The notes below the pieces were generated by a model that worked only from the letters and a program-made list of their open reading frames with translations, was not told where the DNA came from and did not search any database. A stretch of DNA of 63,040 bases, the filler included, from Nemertoderma westbladi (lineage: Eukaryota; Animalia; Xenacoelomorpha), in the NCBI GenBank assembly GCA_032718475.1. It is 3 parts of 3 records of this genome, joined end to end, with 100 filler letters (N's around TTAATTAATTAA, not from the genome) between each part and the next. Parts side by side here need not be neighbours in the genome. Positions count along the whole stretch, not along the records: positions 15,976 to 44,147 come from JAUCBJ010000536.1; positions 44,248 to 63,040 come from JAUCBJ010003516.1; 1 more part is not named here. One strand, given 5' to 3'. Both the position numbers and the translations under genes were made by a program. Every line of letters begins with the position of its first letter. The stretch's first letter is position 1. Of this stretch, positions 37,034-48,165 are shown one piece after another.

Positions 37034-37207
37034 ATATAGGCTAATACGCCCTCCCTACCGCCGGAATAGAGAGTGGAGACTGTGGACTGTTGTACTGCAA
37101 TATCCTGCAAGTTTTGGTACGTACCCCGGTTCTTCTTCAGTCTGTCAGTTACAGAGTTACTGCTGTACGCGTGTACGGCTGTAGTTTATCTCTAAAAAAT
37201 TAATATA

Positions 37208-37963
37208 ATGTTTATTTCCCCAATTATTTGGATAATTTCCGTTTTGTTTATTTCCGCAACCGGCACCCTACCCGACTGCAACCCAGAAACGTATTTATCC
37301 TGCGACGGTAAATGCGTACCACTGGAATGGCATTGCGACGGACAACCGGACTGTGTGGACGGCACGGACGAACCGACCGACTGCCGATGCGAAGCGAACC
37401 AACTGACCTGCATCGGCGCGATAACCAACCGGACGATCTGTCTGGGGGAGCAGTTTATATGCGACGGCGAGATGGAATGCCGCGATGGGGAGGATGAGCG
37501 CGGCTGTGGGCCGCGGGAGCAGTGCGAGTTCGCGTGCGACCCACAACGCTCGATGTGCATCCCCGCCGTGTGGCGGTGCGATCGGGATCGGGACTGTCCC
37601 GATGGGCGGGACGAAGCCGGGTGTCCCGTCGCCGCCTGTCCCCACAGACAGTTCCAATGCCACTTCGACAGCACCTGTATAAACGAGGCGTGGTTGTGCG
37701 ACGGAGAGATTGATTGCGCTGACAAATCCGATGAATCTAACTGTTCACCTGTGAGCGACGCCCTAGAGCCCTGCAAGGAAGGGCACACTAGATGCGCCCA
37801 TGACGGCCTCGGCTACCACTACCACACACTCTGTATTCCCAATGAATGGGTCTGTGACGGACATTACGACTGTAACCTACTCTTTGAGTCGGGGTTTTCT
37901 TCGGATGAGTTTAATTGTACCGGCGAGGAATTGGAGTCGCTACACAACACGGCGTGTGACTCG
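37208..37963 (+). CDS. LDL-receptor-family gene (VLDLR/lipophorin-receptor type), coding exon 1
   Basis: Signal peptide, five LDLa repeats (CDG..DC.DG.DE) and the start of a sixth; phase-0 donor TCG|GTAAGA. Confidence 0.9.
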
Positions 37964-38174
37964 GTAAGATATTTACTTTCACAGTTAGAAATCGCCTTCG
38001 CCGAATCACGGTACCCGTGTGGTCGGTGGTCGGAGTTATTAAATGGGTAATAGAGTAAAAACAAATGTAATAATCATATTATTGTAAACATAACATTATA
38101 GGCCTCCCGTACGCGTATTCCCAATCCTTACACTACTAGGAACACCTATTGCATTAACACCTGGGATTGGTTAA

Positions 38175-39033
38175 GGGGGGGCAGGGTTATACTTATACCC
38201 CCCTCAGGTAAAATTTTCAAATTGTTGTTTCTTTATTTCACCTAGAACAGAATTTAATGAGGATTACAAATCTGAATACCGCTTAGTGAGACCTCTTTCA
38301 GTTCTCGAGTTATCACTGTTTTTCCGTATGACGGTCTGTCCGTCAAATTGTCAGAAAGACAGAAGACAGATAGACTAGATTCCACCAAAAATTAAAACTG
38401 ACATCGGAAATGAAATCAGCGACCCCAAAAACCCCAGTGATAAACATTTTAGCTCGTTGGTGTGGGTGTGCATCCTTCGTGCCAGAAATAATTAACCAAC
38501 CAGAACACAGTCAGCCAATTTTGGCGGGACGGTTTAAAATTTGAAGGGCATTTTCTCGGAATGACATTTTTAATTTTCAAATTACTACTCCTCCGTCATT
38601 TTTTAACCAATTTTCTTCGTTTATGGCTCATTCGAACGAGCTTTGGAAGCTCTTTTAAAATTATCTTATGGAATTTTGATAAATATTACATTTTTTTCTA
38701 AATTTGCCAATTTTAATTACAAATATGATAATTAATTAATTTAATTAATTAATTAAAATAAAAATGGCTAATTAAAAATTCTATAAGATAACTTTTGTAT
38801 AGTCGATCACGCTGAGTCCAAAAAAGTTGGTTTCAAGAAATTTTGACCAAAATTGAGGGACTAGTAGCAATTTTAGTGAAATCTTTAATTCCGCCGCCAG
38901 CCGCTAGGAGGAGGCTATAAATTTTCAAATTTTACTCTAAAGTCTATTTGGCCTTCCACACAAACACTAATTGACAGCCATTTTAAAAAAAAGGTTCATG
39001 GGGGGTGTATATACCCCCCCCCCCCCCCCCCCC
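38175..39033. mobile_element. Kolobok-like non-autonomous element in the receptor intron
   Basis: TTAA TSDs at 38171-38174 and 39034-39037; G-run and C-run termini. Confidence 0.85.
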
Positions 39034-39681
39034 TTAATAAGCTATTATTTGATTGGACGATGAAATCGTGTAAGGAATGGGGAGAGGGGTCGAACTAGTG
39101 TAAGGGTTTTATACTCAGTTGGCAGGTAGAAAGTGTTTCAAACGCTGTAAGGAATGGAGAAATTGGGTGAAATCATGTAAGGGTTATCTGCCTATTAAAC
39201 GGTTCATTGCCAGGTTAACAGTAAAAAATATATACGAATAGCAGTATTATACATATATTTAGAGTGGAAATAATGTTGTATAAAGAATCGTTTTACACAC
39301 CATTTACTCCTTGAATTTTCCGATCGAATCTATTATAATAATAAAGTAGTTTTATTGGTAGTATTTAATATTAAAATTCATTCATTTATTTTAAATTCAT
39401 ATTTAAAAGCATTTCACAATGTACTGTATGTAAACATAAAAGCTCCAATGAAATAAATTTTTAATTTTTGTAATGTCCTTTAGCATTTGTTCGATAGGCC
39501 TATGCATTTATGTTTGTCGACAGGTTTCTAGAGCGTTTTTTTTCTGCGCGTCAAGTCTTATCAGTACCGCAGGTTGGCCAGCAACACAGCACGCATCCGT
39601 TTACTTCCTAATGGAAGAGCTACTCGTCCGCGCGCTAGTGCAGTTGGATGCACACAAATAGCAGACCGACTATTCCTAAGC

Positions 39682-40020
39682 TACTACTACTATAATCGGC
39701 CTGCTGCATTGAAACTGCACATTGAGATGCTAAGCCAGCTTAACAAAAACATTTTGTCACCACCCTGCAATCCACAATTGGTAAGCCCAATGCAGCGTGC
39801 ATTAAGAATGTTATGCCGGCTTATCAACAAAGTTGCACCGCCACAACTCCCACTCCCCCATGACTTTCGCGAGATTATTCACATCTTCATGGCCAGTGTC
39901 CTTTAGGAGGCGTCGCACGAAAGTCATGGGCTGTCCATCATGCTTATTTTCTTCATGGGGCTTCCAAAGCGCAAGATTGTGCACTGGCTGGGCCTCACGG
40001 CGAAAAACAATGTCCAGCAA
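39682..40020 (-). mobile_element. Diverged RTE 3' fragment with duplicated 3' end
   Basis: Short (TAG)n tail; VHNLALWKPH...; shares its extra 3' segment with the copy at 3706. Confidence 0.82.
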
Positions 40021-40398
40021 AGGAATGTATCCCTAGACACTAGTAGCCAATGTTCCAATCGTTTTAGCTTACTCATGCAGCCTTATATAAATCATAACCC
40101 TATGCCTAATATAATATAACATGTTAGTCTAACTATCTCTACTCTTCTAATACTTTTGGTATAATAATCCATACATGATTTCACCCCATTTATCCATTCC
40201 TTACAGCGTTTGGAACGTTTAAAGACTTTATTGAAACCTGCTCCTTTCTAGAAATGTAGAATTTAACATTGAGGGGGATATTTATTCGTCGAGATAGGAT
40301 TTGCGTCCAGCCCCCCCCCCCCCTGCCTCTCCTTAATACAACAACCAATTTTTAGAAAGCCATTTTTCGTATTTATTTAAAAATATTTGCACTTTCAG

Positions 40399-42537
40399 GT
40401 TGGTTCATTCTCCTGCCGACCCTCTACTAGATGTATCCCAGATATCTACGTCTGCGATGGACACATCGACTGCGACGATGGCGCCGACGAAATGAGATGC
40501 CGAGACCCGAACCGGTGCCACGACGGGGGTATGTTCGCCTGTCTAGAGAGCGCAGAGTGTGTGGAGTGGGAGCGGCAATGTGACGGGTTCGTAGACTGCG
40601 TCGACGGATCGGACGAGCGTAGCGAGGGCTGTAAGTGGGGCACAGGTCTACAAAACGGTGGGTTAGTGAATGGAACCAACGTTGGGTTAGTGGTTACCAA
40701 TGGAACCGTTAATGGATCAGATCTACCTAAAAGCGAGTTAAATGTATCTATGAATGGATCTCTGATTGCACTCATCAACGGGTCTGTGGTTGCACCCACG
40801 GGCAACCGATGTGCCGACGGGTTCTGGCGTTGTCCTTCCGACTCCGTCTGCATCCTTAACGCTCGCCTCTGCGACGGACACGTTGATTGCGAAGGCGGCG
40901 CGGACGAGACGCCGGTGTTCTGCGGGATAAACGAATGCGAGATGGGGAACGGGATGTGCGGGGAGGTGTGCGTGGACCTGCGGATCGGGTGGGAGTGTCG
41001 GTGTGGATCGGCGGCGAGACGCCTCCTAGCGGACGGCATCAGTTGTGGCTCGGTCTGCGACGCGCCGGGCATCTGCTCCGGGCAGCCGTGCGTCGCCTCG
41101 GATACCGAAGGGGCGCGGTGCCGCTGCCTGGAAGGGTTCGCGCTGGAGGGCTCGCGGTGCGTCGGGGCCGGCCCGGAACGAGTCGCGTTCGCTTCCCTCG
41201 ACCGGGTCCACACGCTCCCCGACGCCGCCGGGAGTCTCACGCTGGCCGGCGCGCGCAACGTCCGCTCGTTCGACTTACATCCCCGGTACCTCGTGTGGAT
41301 CGACGGATTCCTCCAGTCGTTGTTCGCGCGACCGCGCGGCGACGACCGCGCGGTCGCGGTGTTGGCCGCGGGTTTGGGCCAGCCGGAGTGCGTGGTGGCG
41401 GACCCGGTGTACGACCTGGTCTACTGGGTGGACTCCCGTCCCGGCACCATCGAGGTTGTCTCCCTGGGCGCCCCGCCCCGTCGACGTGTGCTGCTGGGCC
41501 CGGGGCTGCCGCGCCCGCGCGCCCTAGCCCTGGTCGCCCGGCTCGGCTGGATGTTCTGGTCGGATTGGGGCGAGTCGGCCTACATCGGGAGGGCCGCGAT
41601 GGACGGGTCTGAGATGACCCGTCTGGTAACCCATCGAGTGGGTCGCCCTCACGGGTTGACGGTGGACCGGGTTCTGGGTCGGGTCTACTGGCTCGACGGG
41701 TCTACTCTCTCCTCCGTGGATTACTCGGGCGACTTCCGGATCGAGTCTCATCTCCTCCACGTGTCGAACCCGTTCTCCTTGGCGGTTCACGGGGATTCCG
41801 TGTTCTGGAGCAACTCTGGTTCACGTCGTCGTCACGGCGCTAGAAGCTCCGTCCACCGTTGCGACCGGTTCGTGTGCACCGAGACGACACACCAGCTGAT
41901 CCGAGGGGGTCTACCGCCCCGTCCGGTCGAGGTCCGAGTCTACGGAGGGGCCGAGGACCACGTTGCCATGGAGACAACCAATGAGTGCGCCTCCTGGGCC
42001 GACGTGTGTCCCCATTTATGCGTGCCGACGCATCGAGACACCGCTGGGGGCGTCTGGAGCAGCCCCGCGGGGCCAGCCTGTCTCTGCGCCGATGGTTTCC
42101 GCTTAGAGGGTCAGCAATGTCTACCGCAAGTCGGGTTAGAACCCACCAGTGAGAAGGTCGACCATATTAAACCCACAGAGAACCCGTTGACTTCCAATAT
42201 GTTTGGCGTTAAGGTTATAGTCGGGACTTTGGCGGCGTTCCTTTTCGTTTGTCTGCTGGTTATATTCGGTGTCCAATGGAAGGGCTCGGTGGTCCGCAGA
42301 GCCCCGCAGCAGAACGTATTCGATTTCAGTAACCCAATTTACTCCAAGACCCTTTCAATCTCCTACTCGCACACCTCGGTCGCCGAGACGCCCAAGAGAC
42401 CCAGAAAACCTCTGTGGTCCTGGTTCCATTCGTTGCTAGGACGACGTGTACTTCATAGGGAGGATAGACAATATTCCCATCTGCAATCGTTAACTCTAGC
42501 TGGTAGTTTGGATAGAGGGACTGAAACAAACCTGTAA
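40399..42537 (+). CDS. LDL-receptor-family gene, coding exon 2 (spliced product ~964 aa)
   Basis: Phase-0 acceptor ctttcAG|GTT. Encodes LDLa 6-8, two EGF repeats, a YWTD propeller (VWID, YWVD, FWSD, YWLD, FWSN), a third EGF, a TM helix and the FDFSNPIY NPxY motif. Confidence 0.92.
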   Translation, partial: VGSFSCRPSTRCIPDIYVCDGHIDCDDGADEMRCRDPNRCHDGGMFACLESAECVEWERQCDGFVDCVDGSDERSEGCKWGTGLQNGGLVNGTNVGLVVTNGTVNGSDLPKSELNVSMNGSLIALINGSVVAPTGNRCADGFWRCPSDSVCILNARLCDGHVDCEGGADETPVFCGINECEMGNGMCGEVCVDLRIGWECRCGSAARRLLADGISCGSVCDAPGICSGQPCVASDTEGARCRCLEGFALEGSRCVGAGPERVAFASLDRVHTLPDAAGSLTLAGARNVRSFDLHPRYLVWIDGFLQSLFARPRGDDRAVAVLAAGLGQPECVVADPVYDLVYWVDSRPGTIEVVSLGAPPRRRVLLGPGLPRPRALALVARLGWMFWSDWGESAYIGRAAMDGSEMTRLVTHRVGRPHGLTVDRVLGRVYWLDGSTLSSVDYSGDFRIESHLLHVSNPFSLAVHGDSVFWSNSGSRRRHGARSSVHRCDRFVCTETTHQLIRGGLPPRPVEVRVYGGAEDHVAMETTNECASWADVCPHLCVPTHRDTAGGVWSSPAGPACLCADGFRLEGQQCLPQVGLEPTSEKVDHIKPTENPLTSNMFGVKVIVGTLAAFLFVCLLVIFGVQWKGSVVRRAPQQNVFDFSNPIYSKTLSISYSHTSVAETPKRPRKPLWSWFHSLLGRRVLHREDRQYSHLQSLTLAGSLDRGTETNL

Positions 42538-42544
42538 GTAGAAG

Positions 42545-43900
42545 GAGATCCGTCCTTGTTGGGTTGAAGTTTGTTGTAGTAAGAATATCTAGGATATATT
42601 TTGGGGCTAGACCATTTATGGCTTTCCAGGTGAGTAATGCGATCTTGTAGTCAATACGGTATCAGGCAGGAAGCCAATGTAGGTTGCGGAGCGTTGGGGT
42701 TATGTGGGAGAACCGCTAACTGGCTATCTGGAGTCGTCTAATGGAGTGGTCTGGCAGACCGTACAATAGGCTGTTGTTTTTATCAAGCCGTGATATTATG
42801 AGCGAGTTTACAAGCTTCCTTGTGTTATCGCCAGTTAGGTGACACCTGATTTGTCTGATATCACGTAGGTGATAATTGAGAGATGCAGCTGTGGCGGTTA
42901 TTTGTTGCTCCATGCGAACTCCGCTATCTATCTTGACTCCAACTGTTGTTATAGCTGACTGAGAGTGAATGACTTTTCCTCCTAATTCGATTGAGAAACT
43001 AGTTGCAAATTCGTGGAATTCAGCTCCACGGCCAACAAGTAAAATGTCAGATTTGTCGTCATTTAGTTTTAGTTTTAAATGATCCAAGGTCACCTTTATT
43101 GAATTTACGCATGTTTTATTGACAGTGTCAGTGCTTCGTAGTCTAATGGCTCGAAAACTAAGTAGAGTTGGTTATCATCAGCATATACATGGTAGCCAAT
43201 GGGCAGTGCGTCGCAGGTTGTTGCTACTGGGGGGAGGCAATAAATAACGAATAATATCGCTCCCAATAGGGACCTTGAGGTAGTCCAGATAGAAGCTGGA
43301 TAACTCTTGATTTCTTACCGTTTATAGTCACTACGAATGACCGATCCCGTAGATATGGACTCGAACCATTTGTAGACAGTTCCACTTATTCCTATGTGAT
43401 GAAGTTTTTCAAGTAGAATGTCATTGTCTACTAAATCGAAGGCAGCAGACTGATCAAGTAGGATGAGCGCGGAGATATTCTCAGTCTATTATGCGTGTTA
43501 AATCATTATGTAAGCGACAAAGTACTGTTTCAACAGAGTGGTGTTTTCTATATCCAGAGACGAATTTTGGGATATGTTTCTCAGTTTCTAGAAAATCGCC
43601 AAGTTGCACGCCAACGTGTTTCTTAATGACTTTGGACAGGAATGACAAACTTGAAACTGGTCGGTAGTTTTTGAAATTCTCTGTGTCCAAACTACGTCTT
43701 TTAAGCAGAGGCCGAAGAGTTGCTTGTTTACCGTTAGTTGGAAATTCTCCAAGTATGAGTGAAGCTTTCACAATTTCGTTAACTATGGGTAATTGGGTAA
43801 CCATGCTTTTGACACCTTCTTTAGAATATACGTCGGTATAGGGTCTAGTGTGCATGATGTTGGGTTTATTAGTGAACTGATCTTTGTGGTATCTTCCAAT
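42545..43900 (-). mobile_element. Decayed CR1/L2-clade LINE
   Basis: NYRPVSSLSFLSK, LDQSAAFD, YADD at ~43175-43186, SRLDKNNSLLYGLP, HITPTLRNLHWLP; multiple stops and frameshifts. Confidence 0.9.
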
Positions 43901-44147
43901 AAAGGTATTTTGAAGTACCGGTATTTCATTTTGATGGGATACCTTCTGTTACATTTTGTGTAAATTAAAGCTCTAAAGCGCTTCCTAAAAATAAAATTTT
44001 AATTTTTTTTCGGAAAAGGTCATGAAAGTCGGTCGTAAAAAATGTTATTAACATTGAAATTCGGGAAACTGCGAAACATGATATTTACTTAACGAACCAA
44101 ACCAATAAAGGCTCATGCAAGCCGCAATGGTCGTTCTAGTGGGTCTA

Positions 44148-44247
44148 NNNNNNNNNNNNNNNNNNNNNNNNNNNNNNNNNNNNNNNNNNNNTTAATTAAT
44201 TAANNNNNNNNNNNNNNNNNNNNNNNNNNNNNNNNNNNNNNNNNNNN
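44148..44247. other. Assembly gap with artificial six-frame-stop linker
   Basis: N-run, TTAATTAATTAA, N-run. Confidence 0.97.
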
Positions 44248-44994
44248 ATATTGCTATACATTGATCTTAAATATATTTGTTATGAATGCTTGTGTTCGTG
44301 TTGGTAAATAATATTACAGTGTTGGATGTCATACACACTCAATACGTTTGAACCGTTGTCGCCTGTAGGGCAATACTCGAAGTTAGCAACTCACCTATTA
44401 TGGTGGTAAATAAAACGAGATGTTTCCTTTAAACAATGTTAATACATAATGAGCAACAACGATAATAACAGCAATAATAACAATAAATCAATGTTAACTA
44501 TGTAAGCATGTAAAAGGGTAAGTAAGTGAAAGTAAGTGAAAGTAAGGTAATAGTCTAGACCTCTTAGATCTTATGAGGTCTATTTAGGGGGTTTGAGGGT
44601 AATAATATAAAGGTTACGCCTACAAAATGAACTAAATCTAAACTATAAATACAATTGTCACAGAATGACTGCCACTGGTAGTAGTAGCCAATGAGGACCC
44701 ACAAACACGAAAGCAACACTACTCGCTATCTGTAAGCTGAGTGCAGACTTTCTGAGCCGACCAATAGGAGAAATAGGCAGACTAAATACAAATATCAGAT
44801 TTACCAGCACGAATAAGTAGTGGGGCTAGCCGTGTATCTGAATAGCTATATTGCTGTACACAACACATATTATACAGTAACACTAGCGTTACATAGATTT
44901 TGGGGCTTGTGGAGGATTCATAATTCAATGTAAGTAAATACCGGAACAATATATCATGATAAAATAAAAATTAAATAATATGTAAATACCACAC

Positions 44995-45220
44995 CCATTG
45001 CAGTTTAGAACGGACGACATAATCAGTCACATCAGCAATAGATGCTTGAACTTCATCAGATGGTTCAGCCGAGAGCTGCTGGAATAATATTGCATGAAAG
45101 AACTGGGGGCATGGTCCTCGATGAACAATGATGTTGGCAAAGGTGATAAGTCACATACTTTTCTGGTCATACCCTTCCAGTATAATATGTAAACACATGT
45201 TTGCAGTCATTTTGCGCCAT
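44995..45220 (-). pseudogene. Decayed exon of a G2E3-like HECT ubiquitin-ligase domain
   Basis: Hand translation gives ITFANIIVHRGPCPQFFHAILFQQLSAEPSDEVQASIADVTDYVVRSKLQW, then a GT donor. It resembles the SxVHGGPxPxFFxxxLF...DVxD segment of G2E3-type HECTs. Absent from the ORF track. Confidence 0.65.
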
Positions 45221-45536
45221 TGACCTTGTGATGCATAACTACAGTAAGCTAGCTTAAGTAAGTGATTTTAGTGTTATAGTCACGCCAGTTTTTTTTAACT
45301 TTAACATTAAGAAATATTTGGGGTTTCAGCCAATTTATATTGAAAACAAGGAATTATTATTCCAGGGATAATTTATATACAGTAGAGCTAACATGGAGGG
45401 TTATATTTTTCTATAACTTCTACTGTACAGTATATTAATTTGAATATAACTAACGAGCACATGCAATAAATAATTCAAATAAATGGTAACAGAATACATT
45501 ATACTGAATTAATATTGTAACATTATATTACAGTAC

Positions 45537-47392
45537 TTATAAGTCCTTCTTTTGTTGACAATTTTTGTATAGAAAGGCCAGAGTGGTGTTTACACAATTT
45601 CTGACCATTCTCCATACCTGGCGAATATTTTCGATTCCACTAATCAGGCGGAACTCAAACAAAACCTTCTTGGCCCAGTTAACCTTCATTTGGTCGATAA
45701 CATTTTTGGAATTATCTTTGGATGTACTGATAGTTGCGTTTGATGACAATTCCTCAGGTGATACAACCATCTGCAAGAGTTTAAAATATAGTTTGCTACG
45801 TGAATCAAAATCCGGATGAGAACATATGTTAGATAATTGAGATCAAGAGATGCCATATTTTTCCAGTTCTATCAATTGTAGCTCAGGATAGTGCTGGAAT
45901 TGTTTTCTACTATGAAGAATGTCAAACGATTTCGATGTGCTGTATTCGCTCCTGGAGACAGAGTGTAGATGGTTAGAGGAATTTGGAGCAGTCGCGGTTT
46001 GTTTCGATTTTATTCGTTGTGGCACAGGATTGTACTCCTGTCCAACACGATTTGTCATCGTGGGTACTACAGTGGACGCCTGTCCAACACTATTTGTCAT
46101 CGTGGGGACTAGGAGTTTTAGGTTACTCACCTGGTACAACGTTTATATTTCTCTTTCCCGAGCCAGACTGGGTTTGTTTTGTTTTCTTCGCTGGTTTTGC
46201 TTTATGTTTCGATTTTGTTTCGATTTTATTCGTTGTGGCACAGGATTGTACTCCTGTCCAAGACGATTTGTCATCGTGGGTACTACAGTGGACGCCTGTC
46301 CAACACTATTTGTCATCGTGGGGACTAGGACTTTTAGGTTACTCACCTGGTACAACGTTTATATTTCTCTGTCCCGAGCCAGACTGGGTTTGTTTTGTTT
46401 TCTTCGCTGGTTTTGCTTTATGTTTCGATTTTGTTTCGATTTTATTCGTTGTGGCACAGGATTGTACTCCTGTCCAACACTATTTGTCATCGTGGGTACT
46501 ACAGTGGACGCCTGTCCAACACTATTTGTCATCGTGGGTACTACAATGGACGCCTGTCCAACACTATTTGTCATCGTGGGTACTACAGTGGACGCCTGTC
46601 CAACACTATTTGTCATCGTGGGTACTACAGTGGACGCCTGTCCAACACTATTTGTCATCGTGGGTACTACAGTGGACGCCTGTCCAACATTTTTTGTCAT
46701 CGTGGGTACTACAGTGGACGCCTGTCCAACACTATTTGTCATCGTGAGTACTACAGTGGACGCCTGTCCAACACTATTTATCATCGTGGGTACTACAGTG
46801 GACGCCTGTCCAACACTATTTGTCATCGTGGGTACTACAGTGGACGCCTGTCCAACACTATTTGTCATCGTGGGTACTACAGTGGATGCCTGTCCAACAC
46901 TATTTGTCATCGTGGGTACTACAGTGGACGCCTGTCCAACACTATTTATCATCGTTGGTACTACAGTGGACGCCTGTCCATCACTATTTGTCATTGTGGG
47001 TACTACAGTGGACGCCTGTCCAACACTATTTATCATCGTGGGTACTACAGTTGACGCCTGTCCAACACTATTTATCATCGTGGGTACTACAGTGGACGCC
47101 TGTCCAACATTACTTGTCATCGTGGATCGCAGATTGTCTCATGTTCTTCATAATCTTCATTGACCGAACTTTCATATCCAAAAAGTTCCCTTTCGTACTC
47201 CCTTTGATAGGCATCGACATCACCTCGGCTATCATTTGAATAAATAACTGTACCCTCATATATAATGCCAGAGTCACCAGGGTACCTGACCCTACCTCCT
47301 ATTTGAATAATTCCAGCAACAACTTTACTAGATTCTCCAATACAATGTTTTCCATCGTCAAATTCAATGAGGATAAAGCGAGGCGGGCGCAT
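45537..47392 (-). pseudogene. BEN-domain protein gene with internal repeat expansion, disrupted
   Basis: N-terminus FILIEFDDG; C-terminus KLLQMVVSPEEL...VIDQMKVNWAK...VWRMVRNCVN fits the BEN pattern. Frameshift at ~47122; stops at 46359, 46143 and 45843. Confidence 0.62.
45997..47125. repeat. 42-bp tandem repeat (~15 copies, 46471-47125) plus 216-bp higher-order duplication (45997-46428)
   Basis: Unit TGTCCAACACTATTTGTCATCGTGGGTACTACAGTGGACGCC. Confidence 0.95.
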
Positions 47393-48165
47393 TGTTTGTA
47401 ATACTACCAGTAAGGTTTGACGTTTGAATAAAATTTAGAACTTCGTTTTGAATAATTTGGACATATAAGTAATTTCAAATTAAAATAAAATAACCAAATC
47501 TAAAAGACTAAAAACACTTATACTACAGTAAATCCCCCTTTTTTCTTTCATGTGTGTATGTATATTGCAACATATTATATTATGCTGTCATCCCTGGAGT
47601 ACCTATGCCTAAAAAGCACCCACCATCCATCATTAAGATGAAAAAAACAGCGAGATACCTACAGCATCCAGCAGATTATAACTACCTAATTGGATAATGG
47701 ATCAGACATGTCACCAGCTGCTGTGACCCACTGTGCTGCAGCTGTTCAAGAGTGAGGGGGGTATATTCAAAGTAAAGGCAGCCAATATTAAGATTAACTA
47801 CATTTAGTTGCTTTGTGTACTTGGGAATTACCATAAATTGAACACTTTATAAATTACAGTGGGCGCCCTCCTGTTGTGGTCTAGGCTTCCTTTCCTTCTG
47901 TTATAGTTACAACTTACTATTGTATAGGACATGTTTACAGTCGACTGCATGTAGAGTCCCTATCTAAGTAACTACTGTCTGGCCTGGGGATATTTGGGTT
48001 GGTTGTTAAAATACTATGTACCACTTTTGCTCATTATTATTACTTTATATCACAGTCGGAAGAGCACAGGCAGGAGCTGTGTTATTATATAATGTGCCCG
48101 AAACCCGGCCGCAGGCAGAAGCATTTCAAACTTTGATATGATATAATCACAGATATGGGTTTTGT

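Noticed and set aside
37964-38050. Stand-alone secreted 280-aa LDLa protein
   Set aside because: Read-through into the intron; splicing completes LDLa repeat 6 exactly.
40446-41790. Overlapping and antisense ORFs in the receptor exon
   Set aside because: Shadow ORFs of GC-rich coding sequence.
45919-47163. 414-aa plus-strand hydrophobic repeat ORF
   Set aside because: Antisense shadow of the 42-bp coding repeat.
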